Source of the DNA: Candidatus Geocrenenecus huangii
Lineage (GTDB): Archaea > Thermoproteota > Nitrososphaeria_A > Caldarchaeales > Wolframiiraptoraceae
DNA length: 64,000 bases
Reading direction: 5' to 3'
Assembly: GCA_023254095.1 (NCBI GenBank)
Contig: JALNLM010000002.1
Coordinates: 32,001 to 96,000, forward strand
Program-made: the position numbers and the translations under genes
Part shown: in pieces, positions 39,912-49,826 of the stretch
How positions within the stretch are numbered: position 1 is the first letter of the stretch
How the letters are laid out: each line of letters starts with the position of its first letter
The notes under the pieces: model-generated
What the model was told of the DNA's origin: nothing
Database searches by the model: none
What the model saw: the letters and a program-made list of their open reading frames with translations, nothing else

Positions 39912-40917
39912 GCATAATTCTTCCGAAATGCTTTCTCTCTCTAATCATCCTATGAGCTTCTTCAACCTCTTCTAATGGGAAGACTTTTGTAACCGGATTA
40001 ACTTTCCCAGTTCTATGAAGTTCTAATGCTTCAGCCAGTTCTTTACGAGTACAAGAAAGCGATCCATGCAGGCTTACTTCTTTTAAGATGAAGTGACCTA
40101 GGGCTAGCGGGATAGGCTCCGGCTTAATGTTTCCTACCTGAATTATTCTCCCACCCCATCTAACAGACCTCAAGCTCTCAATTATTGTTAACCCAACGCA
40201 CTCCAAAACCATATCTACCCCCATTCCACCAGTAATCTTCTTCACTTCTTCTGAGTATGCTCCATCCCTTGAAACAATTACGTGGTCTGCTCCTATTTTG
40301 TATAAATTATCAACAAACTCTACTCTACCCGTAACCGCTACTACTTCTGCTCCATAGCTCTTAGCGACTTGGATAGCGTGTACTCCTACACCTCCAGTTG
40401 CACCCGTTATCAATACTTTTTCATCCTCCTTTAGTCCACCCCTACTCTCTAGAGCATGTATCAGCATAGCTGTTACACATGCAGATATGGCTACGGCCTC
40501 TGATGATACGTCTTCGGGGGCTTTCACCAGGCTTCGAAAGTTAGTTTTGAGATACTCTGCATAAGAACCGTGGATATCTTCTCCGAACCATAACCTTCTT
40601 CTACAGATGTTTTCTTCCCCTCTTCTACATTCGGGGCATTGACCACACGGTATATAGGTCAAGCTTGCGACTCTATCACCTTTCTTAAATTCACTTACCT
40701 CTTCTCCGACATCTACGACTCTTCCACATACTTCGTGGCCCAGTATTATCGGCAATCTCGTCTTCGGAAAGTATCCATCAACTGTCAGTATATCTCTATA
40801 GCAAACCCCGGTCATCTCCATCTTTAATAGAACTTCACCTTTTCCTAAGGCTTCTATATCCTCTACCTCTTCTAATCTTAAGGGAGTCTTGAACCCTCTC
40901 AGTACGACTGCTTTCAC
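39901..40917 (-). CDS. Zn-dependent medium-chain dehydrogenase/reductase (ADH/acryloyl-CoA reductase-like)
   Basis: GVCYRD, GHEVCG, CGQCPEC...C structural Zn site, GATGGVG. Confidence 0.88.
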   Translation of the reverse strand: MKAVVLRGFKTPLRLEEVEDIEALGKGEVLLKMEMTGVCYRDILTVDGYFPKTRLPIILGHEVCGRVVDVGEEVSEFKKGDRVASLTYIPCGQCPECRRGEENICRRRLWFGEDIHGSYAEYLKTNFRSLVKAPEDVSSEAVAISACVTAMLIHALESRGGLKEDEKVLITGATGGVGVHAIQVAKSYGAEVVAVTGRVEFVDNLYKIGADHVIVSRDGAYSEEVKKITGGMGVDMVLECVGLTIIESLRSVRWGGRIIQVGNIKPEPIPLALGHFILKEVSLHGSLSCTRKELAEALELHRTGKVNPVTKVFPLEEVEEAHRMIRERKHFGRIMLKP

Positions 40918-40932
40918 ATTCTCACTCCATCC

Positions 40933-41619
40933 TTAAAGTAGGGTTTGGGCTGCTGCTAAAGCACCATACTTTGCTTCTCTGTAATCATCTGCGCCTGTTA
41001 TTATTATCGTATCACCTTCTTTAGGTTTAATATTTTTGATGACTTCTGCTGCAAATTCCGGCTTCTCTCTGGAGAGTATGCTAACACCCGGCATATGGAG
41101 CTCATCGCCTAAGTATGTCATTACTAAAGCTGCTTGGGCGCCTGCTCTAATTGCTGCATCTCTTTGTTCGAGACCCCTCTTTAGTAAGTGTGAGCGTCCC
41201 CTGAGTACTACAGCATAGTTATACTTGTGATCCCATGGCATTCTTATATTAACTAGACCTATATCCACAAGCTTACCACTCACTTCATTGTATATCTTTA
41301 TTCCTTTACTCGTTAAGACACATCCTTCACTAGTTACATCTACTATTCCAGCCTTAACTAGTCTTTTAAGCATGCTTCTAATCGCTCCCTCGCCAATCTT
41401 GAGACTCGAGCTTAATTTCTTCCTGCCTACTGGTGCTTCTCTACCCAAGTATAAGAGTAGCTCGAGAAGGTGTATAGGAGTAAATGAAGGTGTAGGTCCA
41501 GGCTGCTCCTCGACAAGCTTTTCCAACAAATGCTTAACATTAATTGTTCTCAACATACCCGATCTATCTTCTTCAGCTTTATATTTTTTTCCCGCAATCA
41601 TTAGACTCAACCTATTCAT
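40933..41619 (-). CDS. DUF4443-type winged-helix protein
   Basis: GPTPSF, GRKKLS..LKIGEGAIR, GLEQRDAAIRAGA. Confidence 0.72.
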   Translation of the reverse strand: MNRLSLMIAGKKYKAEEDRSGMLRTINVKHLLEKLVEEQPGPTPSFTPIHLLELLLYLGREAPVGRKKLSSSLKIGEGAIRSMLKRLVKAGIVDVTSEGCVLTSKGIKIYNEVSGKLVDIGLVNIRMPWDHKYNYAVVLRGRSHLLKRGLEQRDAAIRAGAQAALVMTYLGDELHMPGVSILSREKPEFAAEVIKNIKPKEGDTIIITGADDYREAKYGALAAAQTLL

Positions 41620-41696
41620 TTCATGTTATCTCTTCTCCTCGATTTTTATCTTGCATATTATCCTTCTTGCTGACTTGAGTAGAAGACGAGCTCTCA

Positions 41697-42608
41697 TTAA
41701 TGAGGAAAAAGTAAGTGTTGTATGAATTTTTTGTTGAATGGCCTGATATCTTCTAGTCTTTGACCAATGCCAACGAATAGTAATGGTTTTCCAGTAACAT
41801 AGCTTATGGAGAGGGCCGCTCCTCCTTTTGCATCCGCGTCAAGTTTAGCGAGTACTACGAAGTCTATCCCGACATATTGATTGAATTTCTTAGCCTGCTC
41901 TATTGCGACATTACCCATCAATGCATCGCCGACATATATGACGAGGTCAGGCTTGGTAACCCTCTTAATCTTCTTCATTTCTTCGAGTAGGTTTATATCC
42001 ACCTCCGTCCTCCCAGCCGTATCTATCAAAACTAGAGGTACCTTATCTGAGCGAGCACTCATTACGGCATCCAAAGCTACTGCAGCCGGGTCTGCTCCAT
42101 ACTTCTGACTGATAACCTTAGCCCTTATAGTTTCTCCCAGCTTCTTAATCTGCTCTATCGCTCCAGCTCTAAAGGTATCTGAAGCAGCTATAACGGAACT
42201 GTAGCCTCTGTCTTTAAAATATTTTGCAATCTTTGCTACTGTAGTCGTCTTTCCTCCTCCATTTGGACCAACAAATAGTATAACTAGCGGCTCGCCCCGG
42301 CTCTTTTTCTCTTCTATCATCGCTATAATCTTTTCAACAAATCCTTCGGGAGGTAGAACTTCGTCAATCATCTTGTAGACGATTTCTCTAACCTGGTCAT
42401 ATGGGTCGGTAAACCTCTTAAACCTCAACTGAGATAACTCTACTCTAAGTTTTTCAGATAGCTTTTCTACTACTTCGACTGCTACGTCGCACGAAATTAG
42501 CTCTAGTCTAAATTCATCAACGTATTTCTCAATATCTTTCTCAGATAAGCTGGTTGTCTTCGCTCTTTCAACGATTTGTGTAAAAGCCTTTTTTAAACTC
42601 TCAAACAT
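41697..42608 (-). CDS. ftsY: Signal recognition particle receptor FtsY
   Basis: GPNGGGKTTT, DTFRAGA, DTAGR, KLDADAKGG. Confidence 0.95.
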   Translation of the reverse strand: MFESLKKAFTQIVERAKTTSLSEKDIEKYVDEFRLELISCDVAVEVVEKLSEKLRVELSQLRFKRFTDPYDQVREIVYKMIDEVLPPEGFVEKIIAMIEEKKSRGEPLVILFVGPNGGGKTTTVAKIAKYFKDRGYSSVIAASDTFRAGAIEQIKKLGETIRAKVISQKYGADPAAVALDAVMSARSDKVPLVLIDTAGRTEVDINLLEEMKKIKRVTKPDLVIYVGDALMGNVAIEQAKKFNQYVGIDFVVLAKLDADAKGGAALSISYVTGKPLLFVGIGQRLEDIRPFNKKFIQHLLFPH

Positions 42609-42756
42609 CTATATTATCATGGAAACCTTACACTATAACTTTTAACTTTAATCCGAGGTCCTTACTTTGACTTTCACCGCATAAATCTGCAATCAGACAG
42701 ATACGATTGTTAAATGTCTTCCCGTTAGATAACTATCCCTAGGAATCTATGTTTTG

Positions 42757-43452
42757 TCATATCTTCTTCGCTTCGTTTTCTAAAGACTCAACCATGGTCT
42801 TAGCTACCAAGAGGAGGTCTCTAGCATTTAAGTAGAATTTTACAGAACTGTTAAAAGATATATTTGCAGCTGGTTGGGAAAACTCTTCTCTAATTTTCCA
42901 TAGTTGCGTCAATAGCTGAACCTTAGGTAGGAAATAGAAAGAGTAGCTTATTCCACCAAGTTTTTCTTTCTTTCCCCCCATCCTCCTACATACTAACTCG
43001 TATTTTTCGGGGTTACTACCGAAGGTTTTTATAAATGGTCTCGTAACATTTCTCCTAAATAATTCTAGATATTTTCTCGAATCCGGGAGATTCTCATAGG
43101 GTATCCAAGTTTCAGAACCTCTACCCCCACTCGAATAAGCTAGATATCTTAAAATAACTAGTGCTAATTCTTTAGAAGCAGGTTTACCGGAAATTAGATC
43201 CATGACTTCTCTAGTCTCCAATTCCACAGAATAAGTTTTGTTCAAAACATTTACAACATATCTTTTGTAGCTTTTCTTACCGGACCCTCTAAGAAATACT
43301 ACTCCGCATTTTTTGCTTAATTCTTCACCTTCACATTTAGATAAATCATTGAAAGCAGTTGAAATTTCCTCGTCGATCGATTTATTGTAGATTTTCTTCA
43401 TATCCAAGTCAATGACACCTGCCGCTGAACGATCTAGAGTATTAAGTGTCAA
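42757..43452 (-). CDS. DUF3786 family protein
   Basis: LVILRYL, WIPYENLP, FLPKVQL...W...EEF..AANISF. Confidence 0.7.
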   Translation of the reverse strand: MTLNTLDRSAAGVIDLDMKKIYNKSIDEEISTAFNDLSKCEGEELSKKCGVVFLRGSGKKSYKRYVVNVLNKTYSVELETREVMDLISGKPASKELALVILRYLAYSSGGRGSETWIPYENLPDSRKYLELFRRNVTRPFIKTFGSNPEKYELVCRRMGGKKEKLGGISYSFYFLPKVQLLTQLWKIREEFSQPAANISFNSSVKFYLNARDLLLVAKTMVESLENEAKKI

Positions 43453-43545
43453 TTATGGTTTTTAACTCTTTCTTATATTGACTTTTAAGCTTGCATTAAA
43501 AGAATTTAGGATTATTAATTACGTAATGGAAAGTTACTGTCAGGT

Positions 43546-44391
43546 ATGTGGGCCAGATATGCGGATTTTAAACAAACATTATTTGAGTTAATTACGATTG
43601 GCTATGAAATACTCGACGGCAGAATTCTCAATACAAATTCTAAATGGCTAGCTGAAAATATAACGGCTATGGGTGGAAAAGTAACTAGAATGGTGACGGT
43701 TGGGGACTCTATAAAGGATATAAGCTCATCTATAAGAGAAGCACTTAAAAGAAAAGTTGATTGGATTATAACTTCTGGGGGTCTTGGACCCACGTATGAC
43801 GATCTTACCCTTCAGGGAGTTGCCAAGGCTATAAACAGAAGACTAGTCTTGAATAAAACTGCTTACGAGATGCTTAAGGAAAGATACAGGATGCTTGCAG
43901 AAAAAGGAGTAGTAGAATCCCCTGAGCTTACTCCCGCTAGGCTTAAAATGGCTATGCTTCCAAGAGGAGCTAAGCCTCTACGGAATAGAGTTGGCTCAGC
44001 TCCGGGAGTCTTACTAAAGTATGGAAAAACGTGGGTAGCCTGTCTTCCAGGTGTCCCATCAGAACTATATAGTATATTCGATGAAGAATTGAAACCTCTT
44101 CTATTGAAGACTATTAGAAAAGTATTCAGAATAGATAAAACCCTTAACATAAGAAAGGTTGCAGAATCGAGTCTCGCCCCCAAGATTGAGCAAATAATTA
44201 GAAAATACCATGGAGTGTATGTAAAAACACATCCTAAGACTATTGAGGGCGGAATATCTAGGATAGAGATACAGATCTCCGTTATGTCAAATAAAGAAGA
44301 GCACGCAATCGAGAAAGCGGACTACGTAGAGAAGATCATCAAAGACATAGTAGTAGACATGGGGGGAGAACTGGAGGCCACTGAACATTAA
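43546..44391 (+). CDS. CinA N-terminal-like molybdopterin-binding-domain protein
   Basis: IGYEILDGRILNTN, VGD, SGGLGPTYDDLT, LPGVPSE. Confidence 0.85.
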   Translation: MWARYADFKQTLFELITIGYEILDGRILNTNSKWLAENITAMGGKVTRMVTVGDSIKDISSSIREALKRKVDWIITSGGLGPTYDDLTLQGVAKAINRRLVLNKTAYEMLKERYRMLAEKGVVESPELTPARLKMAMLPRGAKPLRNRVGSAPGVLLKYGKTWVACLPGVPSELYSIFDEELKPLLLKTIRKVFRIDKTLNIRKVAESSLAPKIEQIIRKYHGVYVKTHPKTIEGGISRIEIQISVMSNKEEHAIEKADYVEKIIKDIVVDMGGELEATEH

Positions 44392-44406
44392 AAAATCCGA
44401 ATATAC

Positions 44407-44781
44407 TTGGAAAATGGGGGCATCATGTTTAGGTTTAAGCAAGCTGTCGTCGTTAGAAGCGACTTAAAGATGAGTATTGGCAAGACAGCTGTTCAAGTAG
44501 CTCATGCGTCAGTATCTTCCGCTGAAGAATGTAGAAGAATGAATGTTGAATGGTATAATCAATGGCTTATTGAAGGGCAAAAGAAAATAGTCCTGAAAGT
44601 TCAAAATCTTGACGAACTACTAAAACTCTATGATAGAGCTAGATCGATGAAACTTCCAGTAGCTTTAATCGAAGATGCGGGATTAACGGAACTAGAACCC
44701 GGCACGATTACTGCTATCGGCATAGGTCCCGCACCTTCAGAACAAGTCGACAAGATTACTGGAGACCTCTCGTTACTCTAA
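44407..44781 (+). CDS. pth2: Peptidyl-tRNA hydrolase 2
   Basis: VRSDLKMSIGK.AVQVAHA, GQKKIVLK, DAGLTE..PG. Confidence 0.95.
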   Translation: MENGGIMFRFKQAVVVRSDLKMSIGKTAVQVAHASVSSAEECRRMNVEWYNQWLIEGQKKIVLKVQNLDELLKLYDRARSMKLPVALIEDAGLTELEPGTITAIGIGPAPSEQVDKITGDLSLL

Positions 44782-44805
44782 TTTGTTCAGGGATCAAAAA
44801 TTGTT

Positions 44806-46224
44806 ATGCTTATATTATTGATGAATGATATAGTGGCGTTCATGATCTATTACAAGCCTGTTCTATCATCTCTAAGAATAGAAGATATTGAAAGATTCAT
44901 TGGAATAACGAGTTACGTTACTGGACATGAAGGAATAGGCGGAGTAATAAAGATGAGATCTGAAGACTTCTTGGTCTGGGAGGTTCTCGAGACAGGTTTA
45001 GATGCGAAAAAATTATTCGAATCGTCTTCATTTGTAGGAGATTTCGGCAACTATATTTTATGCGTCTTGAAGAAGGTTGGAGTTGACTCTATTAGAGCGG
45101 TAAGCCTGCTCGCCTCAAGACTATCCATAAGAAGTAAGGAGATAGGGATATGCGGTATCAAAGACAAGATGAGCGTTAGCTGGCAATTCATAACTATTCC
45201 ATCTTCCATAACAGAAAAAATACTAGAAGATGGAAAGACAATATCGGTGGGTAATCTAATAGAAGTCAAACCTATTAGATGGTTTCAACATAGATTATCC
45301 TCTAGACTACTCAGAAATAATGTATTCAGGGTGAGAATCAGAAATCCGAAAACTACTGATGTACAAAAGGTCGAAGAAATAATTAAAGAATTGAGGGGTA
45401 AGGGGGTTCCTAACTATTTTGGGCATCAACGCTTTGGAATAACGAGGCCTATTACACCGGTTGTTGGAAGATTGATCTTAAAGAGGAGACTCGGAGAAGC
45501 TGTAGCTGCTTTCCTCTCAGATTATTCGAACCTTGAAAATGAGAAAAATAGATTGGTCAGGAAAGAATTAGGAGAAGGATGGGATCTAGGACGGGCTATA
45601 GAGATTTTTCCGAAAAGCCTAGTTTATGAAAGAAGGATGATAGAGTCTCTTATAAAAAATCCCGGAGACTATGTTAAATGTTTAAGGACTCTTCCATTAA
45701 GGCTTAGGAGGCTGATCGTCGAATCCGTGGGGGCCAGGATATTCAATCTAGCTCTCTCAGAGATAATCGAAGAAGATAGATTAAACGAGATAGAAGTTGG
45801 AGATATCGTTCTACCTGTAGATTCGAGCGGCCGAGCCGATAAAAATAGGCCAATAACTGTGACAAGTAGAAATATCAAACAGGTCGAGAAGCTTGTCAAA
45901 GATGAGAAGATGGTGAACGCGTTACCTATACTTGGATATCTTTCCCCGATACCTAGAAGTTCAAAGGGAGAGATAATTCTTGAGATTATGGAGAAGGAAG
46001 AAATAGATCTAAAAGACTTCATGATCGTTGATATGCCTGAAGCTTCTACAAAAGGGTCTCTACGACCAGTAATAATCACGAAATGGTCATGCTCGGTGCT
46101 CTCCGTAGATGATGAATCCTTTACTCTTGAATTCTCCCTTCCTCCAGGCTCATATGCGACAATCTTGTTAAGAGAGATAATGAAGTCTGAAAACCCATTA
46201 TCATATATAGGTAGGCATTCTTGA
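44806..46224 (+). CDS. truD: tRNA pseudouridine(13) synthase TruD
   Basis: EDFLVWE, GIKDK, PNYFGHQRFG, LPPGSYATILLRE. Confidence 0.93.
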   Translation: MLILLMNDIVAFMIYYKPVLSSLRIEDIERFIGITSYVTGHEGIGGVIKMRSEDFLVWEVLETGLDAKKLFESSSFVGDFGNYILCVLKKVGVDSIRAVSLLASRLSIRSKEIGICGIKDKMSVSWQFITIPSSITEKILEDGKTISVGNLIEVKPIRWFQHRLSSRLLRNNVFRVRIRNPKTTDVQKVEEIIKELRGKGVPNYFGHQRFGITRPITPVVGRLILKRRLGEAVAAFLSDYSNLENEKNRLVRKELGEGWDLGRAIEIFPKSLVYERRMIESLIKNPGDYVKCLRTLPLRLRRLIVESVGARIFNLALSEIIEEDRLNEIEVGDIVLPVDSSGRADKNRPITVTSRNIKQVEKLVKDEKMVNALPILGYLSPIPRSSKGEIILEIMEKEEIDLKDFMIVDMPEASTKGSLRPVIITKWSCSVLSVDDESFTLEFSLPPGSYATILLREIMKSENPLSYIGRHS

Positions 46225-46351
46225 TATCGCTATCTAAAAAGACTTTGGCTTAATACGTCCCCAGAATGAGAATCTTTAACGATATAAAGCATAGTGAATT
46301 TCATCTAGAGTCATGTGGGTACTTCAACTATTACCTCTTCTTTAGACATGG

Positions 46352-47047
46352 GTGCGAAGTAAAGTATTGTTTATATTCTCTTCAACTTCAGGTATTCTCA
46401 AGGTCTGGGGAATGTATGTAGCTAGAAGTGAGAACTCTTATCTTACATGGTTTATCATACTAACGAATATTGCCGTCTTTATCTTGGTAAGAATTAATCC
46501 AAGGATTATATTGGAATATGCAACTATACCTATCCTTACTGTTACTTTTACCCAGCCCTACAGATTGCTAACCTCAATGTTTATCCATTATGATGTCTTC
46601 CACCTCTTCTTCAATATGTTTGCACTCTTCATATTTGGTCCAGATATTGAGAAAGTTCTCGGGAAGCCACGTTATCTCTTGTTATATTTTTTAAGCGGGT
46701 TTATGGCGGCTATCGTTCATGCATACTATATCTTTATCTTCTTTCCAGTTAGAGAATTACTTGCTACTCCTGCAATTGGTGCTTCAGGAGCTATATACGG
46801 CGTGATGGCTGCTTTTGGAATACTGTTTCCTTTGAGGAGGCTTGTAGTTTTCTTCGGGTTCCCGATAATGGCTCCGGCAATAATCGTAATCATAGTACTT
46901 GCTCTAATACAGACCTTGTATGCTTTCGTTGCCCCGTATTCTCAAGTCGCATATGCAGCGCATGTTGGGGGGTTCATAACAGGGCTATTAATCACCTTCA
47001 TCTACAAACCTGGATTGAAGAGATTCATACCGTACCGTTATTTCTAA
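46352..47047 (+). CDS. Rhomboid intramembrane serine protease
   Basis: HLFFNM, GASGAIYG, AHVGG. Confidence 0.92.
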   Translation: MRSKVLFIFSSTSGILKVWGMYVARSENSYLTWFIILTNIAVFILVRINPRIILEYATIPILTVTFTQPYRLLTSMFIHYDVFHLFFNMFALFIFGPDIEKVLGKPRYLLLYFLSGFMAAIVHAYYIFIFFPVRELLATPAIGASGAIYGVMAAFGILFPLRRLVVFFGFPIMAPAIIVIIVLALIQTLYAFVAPYSQVAYAAHVGGFITGLLITFIYKPGLKRFIPYRYF

Positions 47048-47142
47048 AAACAAGCATGTCCTCTCCAGGTTCTATGCAATGCATATTTAAATAGACCTTC
47101 ATACTAGATGAAGCTGAACTATACAATAGGATAGTAGAGGTT

Positions 47143-47808
47143 ATGTGGATGGCTCTTGATCAATTCAATCTTCTTAGAAAGATTCCGAGAAAAACAGGAA
47201 TTTTCGGTTATACTTTAGCATGCTCGAAAAACATCATCGAATCGATAGTTGAAGAAGTTGTTCCTGAAGAAGAAAGAGAAGAAGCAATCAGAGAATACGG
47301 GTTGGGTAGGCCTTTAAAGATCATCAAGGAAGGAGAAACTAACTACATTCTACAAGTAATCAAGAATAATTCATTGATTAGATACCTCGTTAATTGGGGT
47401 AGGATGGCTTCTTTATGGCCAGCACACTTAACGACTGCTTGCTGCAGTGTAGAGTTTGGAGCAGTTTCCAGTTCTAGATATGACCCTGAGAGATTTGGAT
47501 GGATACCCGCAACGGGAAGTCTAAGACAGTCAGACGTATTACTGATAGAAGGAACAGTAAATACTAAGATGGCTCAGAGAGTTAGGATTATCTATGACCA
47601 GATGCCAAACCCGAAATGGGTGATTGCCATGGGTGCCTGCGCCATATCTGGAGGGCTCTATGCTAAGGACTCCTACAATGTTCTACAAGGACTCAATGAC
47701 GTAGTTCCAGTAGATGTATATGTTCCAGGATGTCCTCCTAGGCCTGAGACACTATTTCAAGGATTCCTACTCTTAAGAGATAAGATACTCAAATCAAGGT
47801 TGGAATGA
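47143..47808 (+). CDS. nuoB: Complex I-like subunit B
   Basis: TACCSVE, PKWVIAMGACA, VPGCPPRP. Confidence 0.93.
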   Translation: MWMALDQFNLLRKIPRKTGIFGYTLACSKNIIESIVEEVVPEEEREEAIREYGLGRPLKIIKEGETNYILQVIKNNSLIRYLVNWGRMASLWPAHLTTACCSVEFGAVSSSRYDPERFGWIPATGSLRQSDVLLIEGTVNTKMAQRVRIIYDQMPNPKWVIAMGACAISGGLYAKDSYNVLQGLNDVVPVDVYVPGCPPRPETLFQGFLLLRDKILKSRLE

Positions 47809-47809
47809 T

Positions 47810-48304
47810 ATGACGTGGGAGAAACTCAGGAAGATATTGGACGATGTGAAAGAAGCGTTTGGAGAAGATATAGAAGGAGAGGTGTTCTTGGAGAAGAAGA
47901 TAGCTAAGGTTATAGTGAAGAAAGAAGCTTTAGTAGAAGTTGCGAGATATCTTAAAGATAGGCATGGATTTGACCACGTTAAGGGTGTTACGGGAGTAGA
48001 CTTATCAAGATTAAAAGAAGGTGGTGGACCATTCATCGAGGTAATATATCATCTGGGAAGCCTAGGAGACCAAGAACTAGCCGATAGCATACTTAATCTA
48101 TCTGTAAAACTAGATTTAGAGAAGCCCATGGTAAGTTCCCTATTCTCTATTTGGCCCAGCGTCGAGTATCATGAGAGAGAAGTATACGATATGCTGGGAG
48201 TAATCTTCGAGGGTCATCCAGACTTGAAAAGGATACTTCTTCCCGAATATTGGATGGATATACCGCCGCTTAGAAAAGAATACAAGATTCCTGGGAGAGA
48301 GTAG
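47810..48304 (+). CDS. nuoC: Complex I-like subunit C
   Basis: EREVYDMLGV.FEGHPDLKRILLP, PPLRK. Confidence 0.92.
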   Translation: MTWEKLRKILDDVKEAFGEDIEGEVFLEKKIAKVIVKKEALVEVARYLKDRHGFDHVKGVTGVDLSRLKEGGGPFIEVIYHLGSLGDQELADSILNLSVKLDLEKPMVSSLFSIWPSVEYHEREVYDMLGVIFEGHPDLKRILLPEYWMDIPPLRKEYKIPGRE

Positions 48305-48306
48305 GT

Positions 48307-49527
48307 ATGGTGTTAGAGGAGAAAAAGAAGATAGAAGTATACGATATAGGTGGACCGAGGTTAACTTTCAGTTACGGGCCACAGCATCCTGGTACAGGTC
48401 ATTTTAGAATGATAGTAACAGTTAGTGGAGATACTGTAGTAGACCTTGAGCCCGACCCAGGCTTTGTTCATAGAGGTGAAGAGAAGATGGCTGAATATAA
48501 GACTTGGATAACCAATATTCCACATTTAGAGAGACCGTCTATCCTTGATGCTGCGGGGATGGTGATACCCTACTGTTTGACGGTTGAGAAACTTATGGAG
48601 GTCGAGATACCTGAAAGAGCAAAATATCTTAGGACACTTATCGCTGAACTGGACCGTATTGCAAGCCATCTATACTGGTTCTCATTATACGGCATATTCC
48701 TCGGGCATTCAACAATGTTTCTATGGTGCGTAAACGATAGAGAGTTCATCCTAGACTTATCACAGCATATCACTGGTCAGAGATTCACGCACGCCTACTA
48801 TGTCCCTGGAGGAGTTAGGAATGACGCCCCCAGAAAAGTCTCAAAAGAACTCGTTAAAGAATTCAAACTATATTATTCAAGGATGCTAGGCAGAGAGCCT
48901 AGTGAAGATGAATTGAGCGAAGACTTTAAGAAGTATGTAGTAGCGGTAACACACTTCATGGATCTGAGACTGGACCATTATTATGAGATGTTCTTTAACA
49001 GTGAGATATTTATCGAGAGAGTAAGACGAGTAGGTGTACTAAAGAGGGAAGATGCGATTAGGCTAGGTGTTCCAGGAACAACTCTGAGAGCCTCGGGAGT
49101 AAAGTACGATACTAGAATAAATGACCCATACGATGCTTACCCACTCTTGAAATTCGAAATACCTGTAAGAACAGAAGGAGACTGTTATGCCAGGGCAATG
49201 ATTGGATTTCAAGAGATAAGAGAAAGTTTGAAGATAATAAGACAGTCGGTCGAACAGATGCCTGAGGGGCCATTCAAACTGAAACAACATCCGCTCATAA
49301 TAAGAGTACCTAAAGGTGAAGCATTGGGTAGAGCTGAGGCAGCTAGAGGAGAAATGATCTACTATATCGTAAGTGATGGTACAGACAGACCATACAGACT
49401 AAGGATGGTGACTCCTAGCTTTAGACTTCTACCAGCCTTAAGACATCTATCCTTGGGTGCCAGAATAGCAGACATACCACCAATATACTGGAGCTTAAAC
49501 TATTGGCCCGTAGAAGCAGACAGATAA
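48307..49527 (+). CDS. nuoD: Complex I-like subunit D
   Basis: GPQHPG, GFVHRG.EK, EAARGE, PYRLR, C-terminal EADR; no NiFe CxxC motifs. Confidence 0.92.
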   Translation: MVLEEKKKIEVYDIGGPRLTFSYGPQHPGTGHFRMIVTVSGDTVVDLEPDPGFVHRGEEKMAEYKTWITNIPHLERPSILDAAGMVIPYCLTVEKLMEVEIPERAKYLRTLIAELDRIASHLYWFSLYGIFLGHSTMFLWCVNDREFILDLSQHITGQRFTHAYYVPGGVRNDAPRKVSKELVKEFKLYYSRMLGREPSEDELSEDFKKYVVAVTHFMDLRLDHYYEMFFNSEIFIERVRRVGVLKREDAIRLGVPGTTLRASGVKYDTRINDPYDAYPLLKFEIPVRTEGDCYARAMIGFQEIRESLKIIRQSVEQMPEGPFKLKQHPLIIRVPKGEALGRAEAARGEMIYYIVSDGTDRPYRLRMVTPSFRLLPALRHLSLGARIADIPPIYWSLNYWPVEADR

Positions 49528-49702
49528 TATAGATAGCCTTCACAGAAAAAATATTTCTTTCACAGTAATTATTACTGGAGATGCCTAAAAGAATATGAGG
49601 AATAGAACAAAGGCACGCTCTTTAAATGAGTACGTGGAAACGTTCTCAAGGTTTAGAAAGAAACTGATTAATCAGATATCTCGTGTAGTATCGGATAAAG
49701 TA

Positions 49703-49826
49703 TAGCCCGGGCCGGATTCGAACCGGCGTCCCCGGGTATCCCCTCATAGCGGCCAATGATCCAAAGCCCGGGATCCATAACCCATACTCATCCGACCAGC
49801 ATGTTTGGCCGCTAGACGACCGGGCT
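49703..49826 (-). tRNA. tRNA-Gln(UUG) with two BHB introns: 21/22 (49777-49804, 28 nt) and 37/38 (49738-49760, 23 nt)
   Basis: Spliced 73-mer differs from the CUG copy only at positions 34 and 38; BHB motifs at both junctions. Confidence 0.92.

Noticed and set aside
47143-49527. Group 4 [NiFe]-hydrogenase
   Set aside because: The large subunit lacks both N- and C-terminal CxxC Ni-binding motifs, so it is complex I-like
35632-49826. Two similar tRNA sequences 14 kb apart as attL/attR of an integrated element
   Set aside because: Both are full-length genes with different anticodons, the interval holds core genes (ftsY, ahcY, truD, pth2), and no integrase is present
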